DNA of 64,000 nucleotides from Camelus ferus (taxonomy: Eukaryota), in assembly GCF_009834535.1 (NCBI RefSeq), contig NC_045696.1:108750001-108814000 (forward strand), in the 5' to 3' direction. A program made the position numbers and the translations under genes. Every line of letters starts with the position of its first letter. Position 1 is the first letter of the stretch. The notes under the pieces are model-generated. The model was given only the letters and a program-made list of their open reading frames with translations. It had not been told where the DNA came from and made no database searches. Shown here in pieces: positions 52,101 to 64,000 of the stretch.

Positions 52101-53869
52101 AGTCCCCTGATGGGCAGACACATCCTCCTGAAAATGCCCCAGGTGACAGCCCCTTCCTGGAGAACAGTGCTGGCTCCCCGAGCAGGAGCCTCTGCACTCA
52201 GTCAAAAATGGTCCAGTGGCAACTCATTAGGGCCCACAATCCTCCAGTCTTTTCCTTTGCAGGCACATTTGGCTGTGCCAGGGCCACGGCGGAACTGCTC
52301 AGCACCGGAGTAACATTAACGTGTGAGCCCATCCGTCTCCTGTGGCTTCATCAGGACCAAGGATTAGCAGCAGCAGAATGATAACCAGTTTCAGAACACG
52401 GACATTTTTAAACCACCCCACAAATCCCTTCTCTGCCAACTCTTCCTGGTTCATCTATTATTTGATTCCCATCTTCAGTGGGTACCCGGGCCCCTCCCTT
52501 TGCAGAAGCCTCATCAGCCTCCTCCTTAGAAAGAAACCTGGTACAGATGCATGCAGCCCAGGCTGGCTGGGAACGGAGTGCCCATGAGCTGGAGTGGGAG
52601 GCCCCTGAGAGGGGGACCCCAGGACCATCTGAGAAGGGGATTCTCGGAAAGGGTAGCAATGGTCCCTGGCAAATTCATTTTTAATCACAAGGGATGCTGC
52701 TGAAGATGCCAATATTCACATGCATGACACACACCAGGCCCTGGGGCAAGCTGGGGCATCTCTCCTGGCCAGACTGTCCAAGAGGCCAGAGAGATGGGAC
52801 AAGAAGTTCCAGCCCCTCCCCTGCCCCCTCCCCTCCGCACCCACCCTTGCTCTTCCAGTCCCAGTAGGACCCACCTCCACAGCCAGACCCATGAGCTGCA
52901 GGGTACCTGGGATGCAGGAGCCCAGGCTGGAGCCCTGAGTAGGCTGCTCAGAGCCGCACCTGCCCTAACCACCTCCCACAAGGCATGTGCTCACCCCCAG
53001 CTAGGCACAGAGCAGCCCGGAGCTCCAAGTGGAGTGAATACACTTCTATTTCTGTTTCTTTTTTTAATACATTAAAAAAAAGATATAAGAAAAATTTAAA
53101 CTTTAGTCATACTGAATATGCAGATAGACCCCGATGCCCTTACCTGGGCTGTAGTCAGAGTCCCATGTTAGGTACAGCCTCCGAAGTGTCCTGAGAGCAG
53201 GCAGAAGGGTGACTGGGGTGTCCTAACTCTGGTCACTTTCAGGGTGACACACTGGCGAGGGGCACTTACAGGTTATATGACCTGGTTTACACCAAACTGA
53301 CCCTCACAAAGAGTGCAACAAGTGGCTTTAAAGGATTCTTGCAAAGAACGCACAAGTTGAACCATTCCAGTGCTGCTCGTGAGCAAAGAGAAGCCCATGA
53401 GCCTGAGGTTGTTGACGCCCACCCCACCCCCACTCAGAGCTCTTCGTCACCCACACAGAGCGCTGAAAGCCACGATAGTTTAATCAGGTCTGACACGAAA
53501 TTGGCCAAAAACATCGAATAATCAAGAAGACTATTTGAAATATGGATATACATCCGCCACCGTGAATGATGAACCTCTCCCTGAGTGTATATTTTGCCTG
53601 GCTGTACCAGCTAATGAGATTAAGAAGCCATTTTAATCACAGCAATACATTTTAAAATATTGTGTATTTCATCTTTATCTGATTTTTAATAATTTTTATT
53701 TTATTGCATGTATTAAAAATGCACAGAAGATATTAGAACAGTAGCACACATGTACTCACTAAATACATAAATATACAAAGTCCTGGGGCGCATGCTTGCT
53801 CTGGGATCCTGGAAATTTGGAGATAACTCCCTGTCTCGGGGGCAGCACTATCTTCCTGCCAGAGACTCA

Positions 53870-54200
53870 AGCCAAAATCCAGACCCCCTCCTGGACTGCT
53901 TTGTCCCCTCTCGCACTGGCTTTGTCTACCGTCTTGTCTCTGTTCATTCTCTGAATACCTCCCAGTAAGTCCACTTACCTCCATCCCACTGCCATCACCC
54001 CACCCAGGCCAGCCCCCTCTCTTCTGCACAACTGCATTAGCTCCTGACTGACGTCTCACCCCTTTTCTCACACCTCCCAAATTCATTCTCCATCTCACAG
54101 ATGGATCAGGCTTCCTAAAATGCAAATCTGATTACATCACTCTCTGACCCAAAAGTTTTCAGTCGCTTCCCAGGGATCGCAGGGAAAAGTCCAGGCTCCC
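53870..54200 (+). mobile_element. LINE-2 relic
   Basis: CCACTTACCTCCATCCCACTGCC...CTTCCTAAAATGCAAATCTGATTACATCACTCTCTG...AAAGTCCAGGCTCC. Confidence 0.7.
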
Positions 54201-54714
54201 CTCCCTCCTTCTCCACGCTGTCTTCATCATCATCATTACCAACATCATCACCACTGATAACATCTATTGATTCCTTTCTATTTGCCGGGTGCTGATGCTA
54301 AAGGTTTCAGAGCCGCTATCTCTTTTAATTTCCACAATTCCTTTAGGAAGTAATCACAGACAGTGTGTCCACTCTACTGATGAGGCTTAAAGAGGGTGGA
54401 GTGCCCACCTTGCCACCCACCTCCCAGCTCTTCAGAGCTGCTCAATTCCGACAGATCCTCTTGCACACTCAAGCCTCCGTCTGTGATCCCCCTCCCTGCC
54501 TCTCTCCTTCCGTCCCATCTTCCCGGCGACTCTTCTCACCCAGCTGGCTTTAGCTTGGATGCTGCAGTCAATGAGATGTCTTCCCCACCTAGGTCACAGA
54601 CACTGATGGCTGCCTGTGCGGAAACTAAACCGAACCTGCACCTGCCCAGACCTAGGAGGCTCCACTTACAGGACGTCCTGGGGAACAAGAAACATGTTAA
54701 CTGACAACGTAGGG

Positions 54715-55035
54715 GTATAAGCTGCAAAATCCAGACTCTGCAAAACTCTACAGGACATGTAATCTTTTTATAAATAAAAAGTTTATTCAACAAATAAATA
54801 ACATGGAAATATAAAAAGAATGGGGGAACATAGGGATCAGAAGAGGCTTGAGAGACAAGTCAGCCAGACCTAATGTGTGGATCTTGTTTGGATCCTAATT
54901 TAAACGAACAAACTGTAAAAAATTTTATAAGACACACAGGGTAATCTGAACACTGTCTAGATATTTGATAACACTAAGGAATCAGTGCTAATTTTTTTAG
55001 ATGTGATTATGGTGCTGTAGTTATGTTACAGAATG
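54715..55035 (+). mobile_element. Ancient L1 3' UTR fragment (L1ME/L1MC class)
   Basis: GCAAAATCCAGACTCTG...AATGTGTGGATCTTGTTTGGATCCTAATTTAAAC...AGATATTTGATAACACTAAGGAATCAGTGCTAATTTTTTTAGATGTGATTATGGT. Confidence 0.7.
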
Positions 55036-55446
55036 AAAACATGCACATATTTATTATGCAAAAAATGTAAATTATGTGTGTTAAAATTATGATACATAAG
55101 ATGAAAGGACGAAAGCTTTTTAAAAAGCAGATTGTCTTTCCAGCCCCTATTATGAATTAGGTACTCTTACGAACTTTAAAAGAATTCCAGAAATTTCCCA
55201 TCAGATCAGTCACCAAACTTTCAAGTAATGATTTCATTGTCATTAGAGACATTCTTCCCCGTGTAACCACCATTACAAGTTTTGTGAGGGTGGAAATGTG
55301 TCCTTTGGTTAGTGTTGGGTCTGCTGGACACATGTGAGGGCGCACACAAGCACATGAACACACACACACGCACACACACATCCCCCCAACACCTACATCC
55401 ACTGGATAGAACCTCTACCCACACAGAAGCGCACTCCCATGTACTC

Positions 55447-55590
55447 TTTTTAAAGACTTTTTTTTCGATTTTTTTTTGAATTTTGGAGGGAGGTAATTAG
55501 CTTTTTTTATTTTAATGGAGGTACTGGGGATTGAACACTGGACCTCGTGCATGCTAGGCACGCGCTCTACAACTGAGCTATACCCACCCC
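55447..55590 (-). mobile_element. Vic-1-like tRNA-derived SINE with longer A-rich tail
   Basis: The reverse complement is GGGGTGGGTATAGCTCAGTTGTAGAGCGCGTGCCTAGCATGCACGAGGTCCAGTGTTCAATCCCCAGTACCTCCATTAAAATAAAAAAAGCTAATTACCTCCC... with ACTCTT on both flanks as a partial TSD. Confidence 0.88.
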
Positions 55591-56084
55591 TCCCACACAC
55601 ACTCTTGCCCTTATGCCCACCCACATGCTCCTCCCACCTCTCTGCCCACGTCTACCTCCCACTGGGCCCCACGAGCCCAAGGTCTTCCTCCAGAGGCTCC
55701 ATGACATGCGGGAAGTTCCCCAGTCTGGGTGACCTCGGAGTGTGCCTGAAAGGCCCTGATTTCTCAGGCTCAGGGTCCTTCCTGTCCCCTCCACACACCT
55801 CCACTCCCTCTAACACCCGACACACACAGACCACTGCCCAAGTCTTCCTCCTCAACCACTACGTCCACCCTCCCTCTTCCTAGCTCAAAGTTCTTCTGAA
55901 GGTGTTACTTCACTCAACTACTTTAAAAAAACGAGGCAGCCAGCCAGCAAGGCACTGTGGGAGGCCCACTGGCAGATCTGAAGATGTGAAAGGTACCATC
56001 CCTGCTCCCAAAGGCCTCAGCTTCTCAGCCAGAAGGAGCTCGATGACGACCACGGTGTCTGAGCATCCACCACGCACTCCTCCT

Positions 56085-56225
56085 ACATCAGCTCACAGAT
56101 TCTCACAGCCTCCTGAGCATAAGCTCTACTCTCACGTTCCTACAGAAAGAGGCACTGAGGCTCAAAGAGGAAACCTCAGAACGTACTGCACCCAGAGCCA
56201 AGTTCCAACCAAGCTCATGTCAAAC
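56085..56225 (-). mobile_element. MIR
   Basis: ATTCTCACAGCC...TACAGAAAGAGGCACTGAGGCTCAAAGAGG...AGAGCCAAGTTCCAACCAAG. Confidence 0.55.
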
Positions 56226-57489
56226 TCCCAAGACAATTCACCTTGAATGGTTTTATCAGCTCAGACCCCTACGCCCCCCACAACCCACCTGGTCTGTGCC
56301 CTACATCGCACCCTCACCAAATGTGATCGCGATTCCTGCCATGGCCTGCTGGCCCTCCCCTAGACAGCCCATCCCCTCAATAAGCTCAAAGTCTAGCATG
56401 TATTTGAGGTAGTGAAAAACAGGGAAGAGATCAACTTCAGGATATGATCAACACTAACCCTGGAAAGATATTAATCTTGTCTGGCAGAAGGGGCGCTGAA
56501 GCTGGAGCTTTGCAGATGAGTAGGAGTGCACTAGTCAGAAAGGCATGGAAGGGAAGAGCAAGGGCATGTAGGAGTGAAACGCCTTGCCAAGGTTGTCAAG
56601 CTGCCCAGCAGAGGATCTCAGATACACAGACAAGAGGGAATGAACATCACAGGCCAACCTGAGTTAGGAGCAGTCACTCTGCCCAGAACATCCAGCACAA
56701 ACCTTCCATAATCCCTGGGCCCCCATGGCTGAGGATGGTGACAAATATGATGATGATGAGTGATGAAACTCACACATAAGGGGTCCCAAGTGTCTTTTCC
56801 ACTCCTAACCTTGGGAAGTGTCCTACACGCACCTCAGATAACGTGAAGAACCCATGCCCCCTCACCTCGTGTCCTCCGCTCCACTGACCACACACTGCCC
56901 TCCACCCACCTCCCTTGGGAGACTGGACCGAGTCAGAATACCATGCAATGATAGGCCTGAGCTCCCAGCCTGTGTGCAGCATCCCTGGCTCTGCACAGAT
57001 TCATTCCAAGGACAGGAATCAGCACGGTGCTCCCAAACCTGGAGACAGTGCTCCCGAAGGCTGGAGCCACCTCCTGAGAAGCCCTGGGACTTCTCAGCTT
57101 GGAAACGAAGTGGCACACAGTTCCAGTCCTGAGCAGCAGTTGTTGCCTCAGTAAGCAAGCAGACCCCGCACAGACCCCGCTCTCCTCCACAGATGGGCGC
57201 CTGGAAAATACAGAATTGCTTCCAAACTACAGATTGTGCCGAAGCCCCGTATCACCTGCTAGATGCAGACTCTGCCGTCGCATGTCTGAAGTCTCCTGGG
57301 AGCTGAAGCATCGGGGCTGGCCTGCCACCAACTACAGGGAGAAACCAGGTGGGTGCCGTTAAACAAGTGTCGATGGTCAGATGATGGGGTCGGCAGGAAG
57401 GAGGGACCTGAAGAGACAGAGGTGCAAATCCTTCCCTGTCCCCGGCTTCTCCTCCTAGTCCTGCCGTCAGCACTCAGACCACCACAATC

Positions 57490-57575
57490 GAGTCAGCTTT
57501 CCCATCTGACAGTGGGGCTGCTAATGAAGCCCACTTACAGGATGATACTTGGAGCTGTGAGATGATGACTGTTAA
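57490..57575 (+). mobile_element. MIR
   Basis: GAGTCAGCTTTCCCATCTGACAGTGGGGCTGCTAATG...ACTTACAGGATGAT...TGAGATGATG. Confidence 0.5.
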
Positions 57576-59087
57576 AGTGTAAACTTAGAGAAGCAGGGCG
57601 TGAAACTGATAAGCTGGGATGCCAAATGCAGCCACACCTCTGCCCTCGCCCATGACAGACACGGCCCGTGACCCGGGCATGCTCATTCACCAAGTCACCG
57701 TCCTCCTCGCCCCGCCAACACCTCGCTCCATGCCAGCCGGCACAAGGGATAGCATCGATTGGCCTTCTCGGGATTAATCAGCGAAACCTCAAGCCACAAA
57801 CCCCTGAGGGACGTTTCACGGTGAAATACAGGAGTGTTGGTCAGGCCATGGGCCACAGGTAGTGTGGGCTCTCCAAGAAGGGAAGAGAAATTGCCAGTGG
57901 AAGGGGCTCTAAAAGCCCTCCCTCTTCCCAGCACAGAGACCCAGCTGCCCGAGCAGAAAGAGGTTTCTCCACAGAGAGGATGTGCAGACACAGCACACAC
58001 GGGCTCGGCCCCAACCAACACCATTCATCCATCGTCCATTCAGTGCGTCAGTCAACAGTGCAGTGGAAGGGTGAGAGCCGGCAACTTCAGAGCAGGTGGT
58101 CACCACACACCGCCCAGAGGAAGTGTCCCTCTGGGTTCTGGATGAGTTGTGTCCTCAAAGAACCAGTGGGGAAGGCACTCCGGGCAAAGGAAACAACAGT
58201 GCTTGAAGACCAGCACCCCTGTGATTAATGACCATTAGGGACGTGCGGTGAGCCCACTGCCCTGCTCTGCTGGCCTGCACTCTGAGGGCGGCCACACTCT
58301 CCTGCAGGGTTGCTGCTGCGCTGGCCCTCTTCCCTGAGTCCCAGGGGGTTAGGGTGTGGCTGGGATTGGAGCACTCTCCCTTCAAGGTTCAGCAGCCCCT
58401 CACCATGGACTTCCCAGGCCAGAGAGAGGTTGGAATCTTCCAGATTCCTAAGGGTGATAAACTAAACTGAACTGACCTGGAAGAAAACCACCCTTAAGGA
58501 ATAAACACGCTGAGGGGGCTGGGCGTGCCTTGGGCCTCTTGACTTAAACCTGGTGGTGAGGAAGAATCGGGGGCACCTCTGCCCTCACCCATTCAGGACA
58601 ACTCCCAGAGGCACAGCCATCTCACCCAAGGTCTGGAGCCCCCCTCCTGCCACTCTGATGGCCCCGTGCCCCTACAGCCCTGCTGGTGATGGGACAGGTA
58701 CCACGCGAGGAGAGTGATATTCACCAGGAGGGGATGAGCCTTCCACTGGGGTTGAGACTTTACTGACCTCCACCCCTTAGAATCAGGACAGGAGAGGCCT
58801 TTTGTGGGGCCCTTGGGTCATGACTGAGCTACAGGCACCAGCTCTGCGTTCAGATTGTCACCTCTGTCTGCACCAAACCCACGATGCTTTCTAGAAAGTC
58901 TGCCGTAGTGGGAATGCCTTCTGAGCCTGACACCCAGGGAACTACTCCCAGTGAGCAAAGCACCCGAGAGATCTGAGGGCACAGGACACGGAGGAGGTCG
59001 ACTCCATGGAGATCTGCAGTGGAGACCAACCTGCACAGGCATTGACAGGAGGAAACCAGCAAGTCAGTCAGCAAGAAGAAAGGTGCA

Positions 59088-59305
59088 AATCTTGAACTCA
59101 GATATTAACCACTATATATAAAAATAGATTAAAACCAAATTTCTGTATAGCACAAGGAACTGTATCCAGTATCTTGTAATAACCTTTAGTGAAAAAGAAT
59201 ATGAAAGAGACTATATGTATATATATGTGTATGACTGGGAGACTGTGCTGTGCATGGGAAATTGACATATTGTAACTGACTGCACTTTAATTTAAAAAAA
59301 AAAAA
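59088..59305 (+). mobile_element. 5'-truncated lineage-specific L1 3' end (L1_Art-like)
   Basis: Contains TGTATAGCACAAGGAACTGTATCCAGTATCTTGTAATAACC...GAAAAAGAATATG and ends in poly(A). It is flanked by an imperfect TSD, AAGAAGAAAGGTGCA (59073-59087) and AGAAAGGAAGGTGCA (59305-59319). Confidence 0.85.
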
Positions 59306-61868
59306 GAAAGGAAGGTGCACTGTGGCGTGTCAGTGAGGGCAGAAATAATGTCTGTCATCATCGTCGTCACAGTAAAATCCACCACAACAATTGTCACTGG
59401 ATGCTTATGATGTACCAAGTGTGGTCTCAGCACCTTTGCTGGTCCTCAGTGGTTTTGAGCTAGGTTCTATGAGTGTCTCCCTTTACTGACAGGACAACTC
59501 ACATCCATGGACCAGGCTATGGAAGGGAGGGTGCCAGGACTGAAGAGAACTGGTTGGAGAGGAAGCTCAGCACCCAGCAGATGCAAATCAAACACGGACT
59601 CAGCAACCCTGAGATGACTTCTGCATGGAAGACCCTTAGAGGTCCAGATGCTCTGCAGGGCATCTCAGAGCTTCTTCCCTGGCCTCTGCAGGCTGTATAC
59701 TTGACCTGGTGAGTCATTCAAATGCAGCTATTTAGAGCCTCCCCAGTGATGAACCCAGAAAGATCCCAGAAAGGCTGCAATTCCCTGTCACTGACCACAT
59801 GGAAGAAATCCGGAGAAGGCGTCAAAGAGAAGGTTCTAGTTCCTTCCTTCTCCCCAACTCTTACCTCATTCTCAAGGCCGGTTTATTTGCCAATCCCGAA
59901 GATGGCTGGTAAAGGCTGCAGAAATTGAGATCAAAAGAGAAAGGCAGAGGGCAACCTTATGGAGGGACCTGTGCACCTGTCATTTGGGGTTTGAACTGTA
60001 CCCACATCCCCTCCTCTGCCCATCAGCTTCACATGCAGAAGATAAACCTGGAGTGCTTTTCTGTTATCAGCCCACCTTCTCTAGCAGTTTAGACCTGAAC
60101 AGAAACTTAAGCTGCCCTTCTTAACATTCAGTGGCTCTTCCTCTTAGGGCTTACAAACGGCGAATTCACTTTTGCTTACAAGGGTACTAGAAAGATATGT
60201 GAGCATGTTGAATGGGAAAAGTGCATGTTTTCAGATTCTGCATCTGCACAAAAAAGGTCCCAGCATCATATTTTACTTTTCAGCTTCTTCTAAGCCTAGA
60301 AAATTTCCAAATCAAAGCTGAGGCTTTCTTACTCCCTTTGTGGAAAAAATGCATTGGTAACAGTAAGAGATTATTCCCTTCCAGCTCACCCTCTGCCCAT
60401 GTGTGATCACAGAAGGAAGGACAGACCCTCACTCTCCAACACATCCCTTCGGCACTGGGCACCCAGACCTCTCCTGCATCCATCTGGACCCCGATTCTCC
60501 GCCACTGGGCAAAATGTTTAATTCACTGGGCATCCAGCGAGCCACCAACTGCAGGGTGAGAAGACAAGATAAAGGCAGTTTTGATCTCTGTGGATGTCAA
60601 TTCCTGGAGGCCAAATCCGGCAGAAAAAAGCAAGGCAGCCCCACAGGGCCACAGGGAGGGAACAGGGGCAAGCAGAGGGCATTAGGGCTCTGCCAATGCA
60701 GACTTCTAGTTTCCATTAATTTCTTTTAAATAACACCTTGTAAGCTGCAAATCTCCAGAAGAGAGGGGGGCGAGTATTAAAGCAGACCTGGCTATGCGTT
60801 AAGGAGTGAAAAGCCAGTTTCCCTGCAGAAGCCCAAGGCTGGAGGGTGTCACTCTTTACAGATGCTGGAGATTTACTGAACTCAAACAAGGGAAAGAGAG
60901 GCTCTTGCCTAACAGCCACGGTTCCTCATTCCCAGAGACAAAGAGAAAATGAAAAACTAAAGGGAAAAATACTAGTTAAGGGAATAAAACCATCAGAAGG
61001 GGACAAAGCATCTGGCTTGTCAACGTATGTCTGCAGATGGGAGGTGACCGCAGGAGATGGCAGGAGACGGCAGGAGAAACGGACCTTCTGTGACTGGTGG
61101 ATCCTGAAATGCTGAACTAAGGCATGAGTCTCAAAGAGCCCATGGCGGCAAGTCTGGGAACAGAGGCTGGTTAGTCTGTCACCGGAATCCTTGCTCCAAA
61201 CAGAACTCCCCCATCATTCTTCCAGACCTTTATTTCATCTGCCGGAACCCAAGGGAAGACCCAGACCAACAATACTGGTCTTAATAGGGAGAGGACAATA
61301 CAGAAAACATGGACTTGAGAGAGGAAATGCTGCCCTTCCTGGAGGCTTGTGGGTGGTTTAGATGACCTCTTGGGAAACTTCCAGGCTGAACCTTCAGTCT
61401 TGGCATTTCTGCTTCAGAAAGTTCAAACTATATTAACAGAAGGGACCTCGGATGAGGAAACTGATCCCGGGAGTGTGGCCTCCAGGCAGCGCAGCAATTC
61501 CTGTCTTCCCAGAGCCGAGACCTCGCCAACAGCCCATGGCTCCCTCCACAAGCCACACCTTGCCCAACTGGGACATGGTGACCAGGGACGGCCCCAGGCA
61601 GGGACACCTCGGGGTGAAATTACCAACCAGTTCACCAAACACAGATTGAGACTCACGTGCACTGGCTGCGGGAGACCCAGGCTGGAGGAAGCTTAGTCCG
61701 TACTCCTTGAGGCTCCGGCAGGGGCTCAACTCAAAGCACAGGAATAAGGGAGGGTGGGGTGAGGGTGGGAATCAGAGGAAGCAAATCAAGGGAAATGCAC
61801 CCTTCAATGCAAACAGCTTCCAACAGCTGAGTGAAGAAAGATGCTGTTGCTCTTGGTCGGCCCTCCCT

Positions 61869-61924
61869 CTTTCCTTTCCTTTCCTTTCCTTTTCTTTTCC
61901 TTCCTTCCTTCCTTCCTTCCTTCC
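61869..61924. repeat. (TTTCC)n/(TTCC)n polypyrimidine repeat
   Basis: Read directly from the sequence. Confidence 0.9.
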
Positions 61925-64000
61925 TCAGTTAAGTCTACAGGTACTTAGGAAGCAGTGCCTATCTGGTCTGCAGACAAAGCTTGAAACATAACAGGAGTCC
62001 AGCCCCCAAGCAGCCTATGGTCAGGGGGACAGACAGACAACCCACAAGGAGTGGCCCAAATACTCATGCCATGACCTTTGCTCTGTGACACGGAGGACGA
62101 CGCCAGTGTGTGGAGGAGATGAGGGGACTTCGCTCAACACAGGAACTAGGGGATAGAAACATTTCCCGGGAGAAGCAGCCCTGAGACTGAGCCAAGAGAA
62201 TGAGTCGAAGCGGCCTGATGGAAGAGAGGGGCTGTCAGGACGCATCAGGCAGAGCAAATGCATGTGTTGGGGGGAGGGGGAGGGTTTGCCTGCACTAGAG
62301 AGAGTTGAGGGGGAGACAAGGCAGGCTGGGCCTCATGGGCCCCATTAGGATGCTCTTTGTTCAGACTGATGGTTTGTGGGCTTGTTTTTCTACTGTATTC
62401 TCAGTGCCAGGGGAAACCGCTGAAGTGTTTGAGGCTGAGCAACCCGTGATCAGATGCGTTCACGCCTCGTTTCGGTGAGCACTGTGTAGGTTTACGCTCT
62501 TTATGTGTATTTTAGGTGCAAACAACGAAGGTTTTACAGGCCTCCACTAGCTAATTACACGACTGATGAAATCTGTAATCAGGACAGTCTCTAAGCTCCC
62601 TGAGACCACCGGCACCCAGGACCACGCTATGGGGAGGTGGACCGTCCTGGGGACATCTCTTCCTGTGTTCTTGCAGCTTAATTGGTTCTCAGATGCATGA
62701 CTTGAGATTTTTCATTCTATCTGGCTAGAAAAAGATGCAGAGGGCTGATATGGGGTGTGTGAGCATGTGCAGGCTGCAGGCATCCTCTGTTGGCAAGGGG
62801 CTTGACCCAGGCCACATTGGTGGTGGGGAACCAGCCGGGGCTCAGCAAAGCAATCCATTTATTATAATTTTGCTGAGAAGCAGCCCAGTAAATCAAACAG
62901 ACAACCTGACTGCAAACAAATTACACACCAAGAGATAGGATGGAGGGAGGGAGGCAGGGAGGGCAGAGACGGGTGGCAGCCAATTGGGGAAAGTGAGAAT
63001 AAAAAAGAAGGGAAGAGGGAAAGTCAGGGAAAAGTGACCTACAGAGATGCCTGGAGTCAGAAGGAAATAAAAATGGAGCTTAATTTGTCCATCAGGAAGA
63101 AAAAGAAAGAGAAAAGCACCCTACCAAGAGAGATCTCATTTGCCGGTCACCCCCAACTTACAAACCCTTGACTTAGAAAAACCAACTGCCCTTTGTTCTC
63201 CCAAGGGGTCACCTAGGGAGTGATTGATGGGCAGTTACATTCTCCTGGGCAAAAGCACTGAGTTCTCTTTTCTCATGCAAATAGAGAGGGGGCCTCTTCT
63301 TCAAACAGAGTTAACCTGTTCCTGGTACTCCTGCCGCAAGCATGCAGCGCAGCCTCGGCGTCCGCCAGGGGCAACTGCCCTTCTGCAGGTGAAGACAGAC
63401 GCTCTCGCTTGGCCAGGGTTACAGAGGGCGAGCTTCCGGGGAGAATGCCAGCATGGAACACAGCCCAGGTTCCTGTCACAAGACTGCGACAACTGGTGAG
63501 CAGCTGTGGCTGGGACGGCCACCCCCACAGCCCTGGTAGGGACGCTAAACAGTAAAGGGGTTTCAAGGCCAGGAAGAAGCAGTAGTTCAATTACCACTTA
63601 GAAAATCCTTTCTCTGGAAAAATACACTCCTGGATCCAAAAAAAACTCTGAAAAAAAAAAAAGAACCTGCTTGGAAAGCTGCGAAGTGCTTTTACGGAAG
63701 CAGTGAACAGAGCAGAGAGAAGGCTGAGAGAGGATCCACGGCCAGGGACTCTGAACAGAACCCCCCCCTTCCTGAGATGCCATCCTCTGTGACAAGACTT
63801 TATGCAGCTCGTCTCTCAAAGGCTGAAGTTCTGTAGAACATTTGGGGACCCAAAGAATCATGAGAACTGCCTCTTCGTATAAGTGTTGAGGCTGTAAGGG
63901 GGACTCTAATCCCCAGCACCCAGACAGGCTTCTGAGATCCAATCTGCTTGTGAACATCAGTGCTAATAAAGTACTAGCCGAGAACCCAGCCACACACTGA

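Larger units (their letters stand above)
29108..64000 (-). other. EPHB1: EPHB1 intron 1, 3' part (exon 1 and promoter lie outside the window)
   Basis: The acceptor is at 29109-29108. I saw no signal-peptide exon (MALD...) or CpG-island promoter upstream within the window. Confidence 0.85.

Noticed and set aside
29108..64000. EPHB1 exon 1, a promoter CpG island, or a nested gene in intron 1
   Set aside because: No signal-peptide exon, extended CpG-dense island, processed pseudogene or spliced nested ORF was recognisable by eye. Non-coding antisense transcripts cannot be excluded from sequence alone.
1..64000. A novel prokaryote-style system (defence island, operon, retron, phage)
   Set aside because: The window is a low-gene-density eukaryotic intronic region, explained by EPHB1 plus known mammalian repeat classes.

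Overview
This is mammalian genomic DNA, not prokaryotic. The whole window lies inside the EPHB1 receptor tyrosine kinase gene on the minus strand. Two coding exons are visible. Exon 2 (29043-29107, 65 bp, ETLMDTRTATAELGWTANPASG) is too short for the ORF track. Exon 3 (5524-6205, 682 bp) encodes the ephrin ligand-binding domain and the start of the Cys-rich region. Both have canonical splice sites and join in frame across a 22.8-kb intron 2. The rest is intron 1, 2 and 3 sequence containing interspersed repeats: three tRNA-Ala-derived SINEs resembling camelid Vic-1 (suggesting alpaca, llama or camel), L1 fragments, L2 and MIR relics, three MLT1 LTRs, one MER41-like ERV1 solo LTR and a MER58-like DNA transposon. 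There is also an 18-bp minisatellite and several microsatellites. I found no convincing novel multi-gene system, and nearly all ORF-track entries are chance ORFs. The best leads are a SINE-head/L1-tail chimeric retroposon, a MER41-like LTR with a GAS-type site pointing antisense at exon 2, and the fact that exons 2+3 would form a stop-free in-frame circle. Repeat family names come from recalled consensus sequences, and boundaries of old repeats are approximate.
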